Assembly (NCBI RefSeq): GCF_006345805.1 | Contig: NW_021830158.1 | Coordinates: 1 to 5,027, forward strand | DNA: 5,027 nucleotides | Direction: 5' to 3' | From: Octopus sinensis | Lineage: Eukaryota | Shown here: in pieces, positions 1-5,027 of the stretch | Layout of the letters: each line of letters begins with the position of its first letter | How positions within the stretch are numbered: the first letter of the stretch is position 1 | Position numbers and translations under genes: made by a program | The notes under the pieces: generated by a model | Databases searched by the model: none | What the model saw: the letters and a program-made list of their open reading frames with translations, nothing else | What the model was told of the DNA's origin: nothing

Positions 1-70
1 TTGATAACTATGAAGTTGGCCGAAGACGTCCCGGATGCAATAAATTCCTCAGGAACTCTGGAAAAGCGTT
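1..70 (+). other. Possible 3' end of an exon of an unidentified host gene, truncated by the window edge
   Basis: Non-repetitive sequence ending at a consensus donor GTGAGT (71-76). Two + frames are open to that point: LITMKLAEDVPDAINSSGTLEKR and DNYEVGRRRPGCNKFLRNSGKA(L). A minus-strand acceptor reading is also possible (see findings). No protein family recognised. Confidence 0.3.
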
Positions 71-351
71 GTGAGTACATGCATTAGTTCATGAAAGACG
101 GGGTCGCTGGCCATTGCGTATTCATTGATGAATGTGGATACATAGCACCCTTTCTCCGATGAAAGACAAAATGCAAAATCAAAGAAATATAAAATTTTTT
201 CCCAACAAGACATGTTAGGCAAAGAAAGAACACATATCACAACATAACGTATACAGAATCAAACAAAATGAGAATTTGCTGTAATTGTTTCTTTAAAAAG
301 ATCGAAAAGGCTGGAATGCGATTTCATGAAGTCTTTAACAATAAATACATA

Positions 352-744
352 GGCGCAGGAGTGGCTGTGTGGTAAGTAGTTTGCTAACCAGCCACATGGT
401 TCCGGGTTCAGTCCCACTGCGTGGCATCTTGGGCAACTGTCTTCTGCTATAGCCCCGGGCCGACCAAAGCCTTGTGAGTGGATTTGGTAGACGGAAACTG
501 AAAGAAGCCTGTCGTATATATGTATATGTATTTGTGTGTCTGTGTTTGTCCCCCTAGCATTGCTTGACAACCGATGCTGGTGTGTTTACGTCGCCGTCAC
601 TTAGCGGTTCGGCAAAAGAAACCGATAGAATAAGTACTAGGCTTACAAAGAATAAGTCCTGGGGTCGATTTGCTCGACTAAAGGCGGTGCTCCAGAATGG
701 CCGCAGTCAAATGACTGAAACAAGTAAAAGAGTAAAAGAGAGTA
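352..744 (+). mobile_element. tRNA-derived SINE, apparently full length, octopus-type
   Basis: tRNA-like head with A-box-like TGGCTGTGTGG (362-372) and B-box GGTTCAGTCCC (405-415), a body with an internal TA/TG patch (514-550), and a short tandem-repeat tail GTAAAAGA-GTAAAAGA-GA-GTA (724-744). It matches my recollection of a very abundant Octopus SINE; I cannot assign a family name. No convincing target-site duplication. Confidence 0.88.
362..415 (+). promoter_or_regulatory. Internal type-2 RNA polymerase III promoter (A and B box) of the SINE
   Basis: TGGCTGTGTGG (362-372, one mismatch to TRGCNNARYGG) and GGTTCAGTCCC (405-415, B-box-like) with tRNA-like spacing. Confidence 0.75.
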
Positions 745-869
745 CCTATGCAAAAATAAAAGAATTCACTGAAAAGTCATGAGCAGGATAGAATGTTTAA
801 TGCGTAAACAATGGATGAAAACACATGATTATGATAACAATGAGATAAAACCAAAATAGCTATCGTGCT

Positions 870-1120
870 AATTTGATTGTTCGAAGTGTTGCATAGATTG
901 CTCTGAAGCGAATTTGAATGCTCGTAAAGACGCTTCCTCGCATTCCGACTAATTTCAATGCTCTGGGCGAGAATTTTAATTTGAATGATGTAAACGATAA
1001 AGTCATTGACCGAGGTGCGCGAAACTGAATGATCGAAAAATGAATTTGAATGAGAAACTTCATGGCGCTAATTTTTCTTTGCTACTTTGAATGACCCGAT
1101 TATCAAATTAAATGAGAAAC
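870..1120 (+). repeat. Cluster of eight co-oriented AATTTGAATG-like decamers separated by unique spacers
   Basis: Copies start at 870 (AATTTGATTG), 911 (exact), 951 (AATTTCAATG), 978 (exact), 1022 (AAACTGAATG), 1043 (exact), 1084 (ACTTTGAATG) and 1105 (AAATTAAATG). Function unknown. Confidence 0.6.
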
Positions 1121-1153
1121 GTAGGAAAACGACTGGAAAGGACCTACAAAAGA

Positions 1154-1492
1154 ATATATGCACACACGTACACACACACACACACACACACACTCACGTA
1201 TATATTTATATATCTATGTATAATATATATATATATTATATAATATACGCATATATAGAATTTTGGTATATATATATGTATGGTATATATATTATATATA
1301 TATTATATATATATATATATATATGCATATATATATATACATATATATATACATGCACACACACACACGCACCTATATGTATACATACATACGCATACAT
1401 ATATAAATTAAATTTAATCAGAACAACATGTATATATATATATTTATGTATATATATACATATTCATATATATGTGTGTGTGTGTGCATGTA
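1154..1492. repeat. Compound dinucleotide microsatellite (CA)n/(TA)n/(TG)n
   Basis: Directly visible: CA run ~1161-1196, long imperfect TA tracts, CA run ~1358-1368, TG run ~1473-1486. Confidence 0.95.
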
Positions 1493-1666
1493 CCATAATC
1501 GTATAACTGTATACCTATATCTAAATATAAGGATACATACAAATAGGTGTGTCTGTGCATGCATGTATGTATACGCATATATATATGACTATGTGTGTAA
1601 AATATAATTGTGTATATTATAACTGTGTGTACGTATATACATAAATACACAGGCATATATTTCCTC

Positions 1667-1718
1667 CACACACACACACACACACACACACACGCATGCA
1701 CACACACACACACACACA
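1667..1718. repeat. (CA)n microsatellite
   Basis: Near-perfect CA run with one CGCATG interruption at 1693-1698. The preceding 1500-1660 is degenerate purine-pyrimidine-alternating sequence. Confidence 0.95.
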
Positions 1719-1840
1719 ATTTCTCGACGGAGAGAAGACTGCTAATTTATTACAGCACATGTTATTAAGGTGTTATTTGAGCCCACGTTTCATAACCTAA
1801 TTTTTGCAAAGATGGATGTTGTATTCCAACCGCTAAAGAC

Positions 1841-1900
1841 GATGATGAATGCGATGATGAATACGATGATTAATATGATGATAAAGCTGTTGATGACGGG
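1841..1900. repeat. Degenerate 12-bp tandem repeat derived from (GAT)n, five units
   Basis: GATGATGAATGC / GATGATGAATAC / GATGATTAATAT / GATGATAAAGCT / GTTGATGACGGG. Confidence 0.7.
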
Positions 1901-2181
1901 AATAAGCCGCAACAAAAGAAAGAGACGTAGGTGGAGGAGAAAGAGAATTTCGCAGTGTTTGTAGCGAGTGGAAGTTAATAGAAAATATATTGGTAGGTGT
2001 TTCATTGTTCTGGCTGCGGTAGCCAGGCCAATATTTATTACAGTTTATTGTATTGTCAGTTTAAAAAAGCTAAGAGAACAAACGCTATTATTCGTTATAT
2101 ATTATTGACGGTTCGCTCTGTTGTTCGTTCTCCGTCTTTCTGCATTTTGTATATCAAATCACTCCATAAGAAATCCATGCT

Positions 2182-2262
2182 TGTATGCGTGTGTGTGTTT
2201 GTGTATGTATGTATGTATGTATGTATGTGTGGGGTGTGTGTGGTATATATATATATATATAT
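2182..2262. repeat. Compound microsatellite (TG)n-(TATG)n-(TG)n-(TA)n
   Basis: Directly visible in sequence. Confidence 0.92.
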
Positions 2263-2360
2263 TTATTTTATGGAAGGAGCTTCTATAAAATAAATTACTT
2301 TGCTCTATGTATTGAGTACCTTATTCACTGTGGTTAACCCCGACTCAAACCGGGACCTAC

Positions 2361-2381
2361 ATATAATATATATATATATTA

Positions 2382-2438
<57 letters not shown>

Positions 2439-2453
2439 ATTTATATTATATAT
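2361..2453. repeat. (TA)n microsatellite
   Basis: Imperfect TA from 2361, uninterrupted alternation 2389-2435. Confidence 0.95.
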
Positions 2454-2484
2454 GAATAAATAGATGCAGATATATATCTATGGT

Positions 2485-2596
2485 TGTGTGCGTGTATGTA
2501 TGTATGCATGCATGCATATGTGTGTGTGTATATATAAATGCATATGCGTGTGTGTGTGTATATATGTATGCATATGTGTTTGTGTGTGCATGTGTG
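2485..2596. repeat. Compound (TG)/(TA)/(TATG)/(CATG) microsatellite
   Basis: Directly visible purine-pyrimidine-alternating tract. Confidence 0.9.
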
Positions 2597-2687
2597 AGCC
2601 GTTAATCATGTCATTCGATAATAAAGGGAATCATAAGCGTTTCTTAGTTGTGTATTCTTTACTTACAAATATGGCTTAACATCAATT

Positions 2688-2706
2688 TCCATCAATCAGT
2701 CACTCA

Positions 2707-2738
<32 letters not shown>

Positions 2739-2963
2739 GTCTGTCTGTCTGTCTGTCTCTCTGTCTGTCTGTCTGTCTGCCTGCCTGTCTGTCTGTCTGT
2801 CTGCCTGTCTGTCTGTCTGTCTGTCTGGCTATCTATCTATTTATCTGTCCGTATGTCTGTCTGTCTGTCTGTCTGCCTGCTTGTCTATATATCTACCTAT
2901 CTATCTATCTGTATGTCTGCCCGTCTGCCTGTCTGTTTGCCTGTCTATCTATCTATCTATCTA
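2688..2963. repeat. Compound tetranucleotide array (TCTA)n/(TCTG)n/(CCTG)n, i.e. GATA/GACA type
   Basis: Parses into 69 consecutive 4-mers with no register shift: (TCTA)7 at 2708-2735 and (TCTA)5 at 2944-2963, with TCTG-rich blocks between. Confidence 0.96.
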
Positions 2964-2964
2964 G

Positions 2965-5027
2965 GTGGACTTCAGTGCCTACCTACACAGCCTACCACGA
3001 CTCTCGACAAGAGAGGCAGGGTGCTGCGAAGGTGCCATCACGGCGGCGGAAGTGCAGGACGCAATGGCAGAATGCTCGAGGGACAAATCGCCGGTTTGGA
3101 TGGTCTACCCTACGAGTTTTACAGTTGTATGCCAGACTTGTTTGGAGACGTCTTGGCAGCGGTGTACTGCAACTGGCAGCAAAACGGGAGCATTCCTGGT
3201 TTTGTGAGCCGAGGAGCCGTAACACTGCTGAAGAGAAAGATCTAAAAAGGGAAATGTAATAGATAACTTAGGCCCATCACTCTGCTTAATGCAGACTTGA
3301 AAAATTTGGCCAAGGTGTTAGCCAAGAGGTTGGCGCTTGTCAACGAGACACTGGTCGACAAGGCGCAAAACGTGCGCCGTGCCGGGCTGGACCATCCATG
3401 GACAACCTCCACCTGACGCGCTACATCATAGACAGGGTAGTTAACGACCTGACATGGGTGGGTGGGGCGGCTGATCATTTTGGATCAATCGAAAGCTTTC
3501 GATAGGGTAGACCATCGATACTTGAGGCAGTCCTGAGAGCGGCTGGCTTCGGTCCCGTCTTCCGCGGTGGATAGCCGCTTTGTACAGAGGCATCCGTTCG
3601 GTAATTCGCGTAAATGGACATCTATCGAGAACTTTCGACATCGCACGTTCGGTCCGTCAGGGATGCCCCCTCTCGTCGCTTCTATACGTATTGACTCTCG
3701 AGCCACACTGTTGCGGAAGCTGGACCTTGAGGGGGCATCCCGCGAGAACTGGGATGCGGGACGAGCGTGTTTGCATACGCGGACGACGTCACCGTCATAG
3801 TGTCTAGCCACGATCACATCGAGCAGGTCGGCGGACACTGGGAAAAAACTACGAAGCGGTGACAGAAGCGAAAATCAACCGGGAAAAGTCAGTGGGCTTG
3901 CGACTAGGCACCTGGAGAAGCAAGCCCATGCCGTTCACCAGCGCCTCCGTTGTGTGGGACGCTGGACCGACGGTCCGGTCGAGTTGCTCGGGGTCTGGTT
4001 CGGTCCGGACCTCCAAATGAAGAAGGAACTGGAACGAGATAACGAGTAGGGTGGTCACTCTCGCCCGGCAATGGGCCGAGAGGAAAACTGTCCCTAAAAG
4101 GTCGGGCGGAGGTGGCGAACACGTACATCGCGTCCGTCATCTACTACTGCCTGACCGTCGTGCCTTATCACGACCTAACATCACCAAACTAGAAAAAATC
4201 ATCTCTTCGCTTCTTGTGGAAAGGATGCGCCCCGATGGTCAGGCGATCCATTTGCTGTCAACACCCGTTAAAAAAGAGGACTGGGCATGCCGTGGGTGAT
4301 GATGCGCAGACACGCGCTGAGACTGCGACATCTCAGGCTCTTCGTAGACGACGGTGAACAGGTGTGGTCGCCGTTGTTTGTGAGGCACGCTTTCCCGCAG
4401 CTCGTCTCCATGACCGAACTGCAATCGTGGATCAAAAAGAGGTCGAGGAAGGGCGAATGGCACCCGCGAGTGCGATTGCTCTCAAGCAACTCTGCCGTCC
4501 TGGGTCGACCTTGAGTGACTCCATCACAACCAAAGCATTCTAGAGGGGATTAGTGGAGGGGAGGTACGACGACGAGCTCGGGGTGAACCTGGACGTCGAC
4601 GAGGAATACCTGACCCGCCTGTTCGGGACGACTTTCGGGCCAGGGCCCATGACAACTTCCAGAGATCCCTGGCCTGGCAGTGCTACCGAGAAGCGCTACC
4701 CGTTCGGGATAAGCTCTACAGACACGGCTCGAGAAACATGGGGCCGACCTGCCCCGAGATGCGGTCAGTCAGAGCGACGAAACCGTTCTGCACGCACTCG
4801 TGCAGTGTCCAACAATTTCCGAACCTGTGGGCTTATGTCGAAACAACTGCTGTCACGTGTGGGACGAGTCGGTTTATCAGCTGAGTCTATCGTCAATATT
4901 GTCACGCCTCCTTCCTTCAAACGGGAAGGAAGAGCTATTTTAATAATCCTTGTTAGCTATGGCTAAAGAATGTATCTGGTGGACGCGTCTGAAAGGATGG
5001 AGACAAACACTTTCCTCTCTGGTCAAC
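2965..5027 (+). mobile_element. 5'-truncated Tx1/L1-clade non-LTR retrotransposon, continuing past the window end
   Basis: Abrupt switch to GC-rich sequence right after the TCTA array. It encodes ORF2 RT motifs in order and lacks ORF1 and the N-terminal AP endonuclease. KSPGLDGL, VPG(R)TI(H)DN and LDQSKAFDRVDH are close to Xenopus Tx1 ORF2 as I recall it. Confidence 0.92.
2965..5027 (+). pseudogene. Frameshifted ORF2 (reverse transcriptase plus C-terminal CCHC zinc finger) of the Tx1-like element
   Basis: Reconstructed across frames: KSPGLDGLPYEFY (~3085-3122), RPITLLNADLKNLAKVLAKRL (3270-3332), TCAVPG.TIHDNLHLTRY (~3370-3424), LDQSKAFDRVDH (3480-3515), RQGCPLS (3655-3675), YADD (3776-3787), AKINREKS (~3868-3891), KLSLKGRAEVANTYIAS (~4084-4134), and C-x2-C-x8-H-x4-C CPRCGQSDETVLHALVQC (4750-4808). 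Roughly 20 frameshifts traced by eye and one clear in-frame TAG (4541-4543). Confidence 0.93.

Noticed and set aside
49-240. 63-aa minus-strand ORF
   Set aside because: Short, no recognisable motif, runs through AT-rich intron-like sequence; expected by chance.
340-765. Target-site duplication around the SINE
   Set aside because: Only a shared AATAAA (340-345 vs 754-759), which is not adjacent to both ends and is trivial in AT-rich DNA.
259-782. ORFs 259-570 (-) and 564-782 (+)
   Set aside because: Both are translations of SINE sequence with no protein motifs.
870-1120. Repeat-spacer pattern as a CRISPR-like array
   Set aside because: Repeats are only ~10 bp and degenerate, spacers are irregular (about 11-34 bp), there are no cas genes, and the context is eukaryotic.
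1087-1719. 139-aa (+) and 91-aa (-) ORFs
   Set aside because: HT/YI/CV dipeptide runs are direct translations of dinucleotide microsatellites.
1742-1998. Possible exon bounded by TTACAG (1750-1755) and GTAGGT (1993-1998)
   Set aside because: Weak pyrimidine tract, no frame open end to end that I could support, and no protein similarity recognised.
2010-2026. Hairpin CTGGCT-GCGGT-AGCCAG
   Set aside because: A 6-bp stem is at chance level and has no supporting context.
2300-2360. Minus-strand B-box-like GGTTTGAGTCG (2351-2341) as a tRNA or SINE remnant
   Set aside because: Two mismatches to consensus, no A box (upstream is a TA repeat) and no cloverleaf. It may be the end of another repeat, but this cannot be supported without a search.
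1997-2960. ORFs 1997-2293, 2464-2679 and the N-terminal parts of 2648-3259 and 2853-3245
   Set aside because: Low-complexity translations (CV, YI, SIYL, SVCL) of microsatellites; the start codons are not biologically supported.
2992-4489. Minus-strand ORFs overlapping the LINE
   Set aside because: Antisense shadows of GC-rich, stop-poor ORF2 sequence with no independent motifs.
2965-5027. RT as a retron, group II intron, DGR, telomerase or LTR-element enzyme
   Set aside because: Motif set (KSPGxDG, RPIxLLN, KAFDRVDH, RQGCPLS, YADD, C-terminal CCHC) and the 5' truncation are those of L1/Tx1 non-LTR elements. No LTR, protease, integrase or intron structure was seen.

Overview
Eukaryotic, repeat-dense genomic DNA, most likely from Octopus or a related coleoid cephalopod (inferred from my recollection of the SINE and the microsatellite style, not from a search). 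Left to right: a possible exon edge cut by the window start (1-~90); a full-length tRNA-derived SINE on + (352-744); a 250-bp stretch with eight spaced copies of an AATTTGAATG-like motif (870-1120); several compound microsatellites (1154-2596); a 69-unit tetranucleotide array that never loses register (2688-2963); and, joined directly to that array, a 5'-truncated, heavily frameshifted Tx1/L1-clade non-LTR retrotransposon ORF2 (RT domain plus C-terminal CCHC finger, 2965 to the window end). No intact protein-coding gene is supported. Most listed ORFs are microsatellite translations or pieces/antisense shadows of the broken ORF2. The best leads are possible (TCTA)n target specificity of the Tx1 element, the motif cluster at 870-1120, and indel-dominated damage in an otherwise well-preserved, CpG-rich ORF2.
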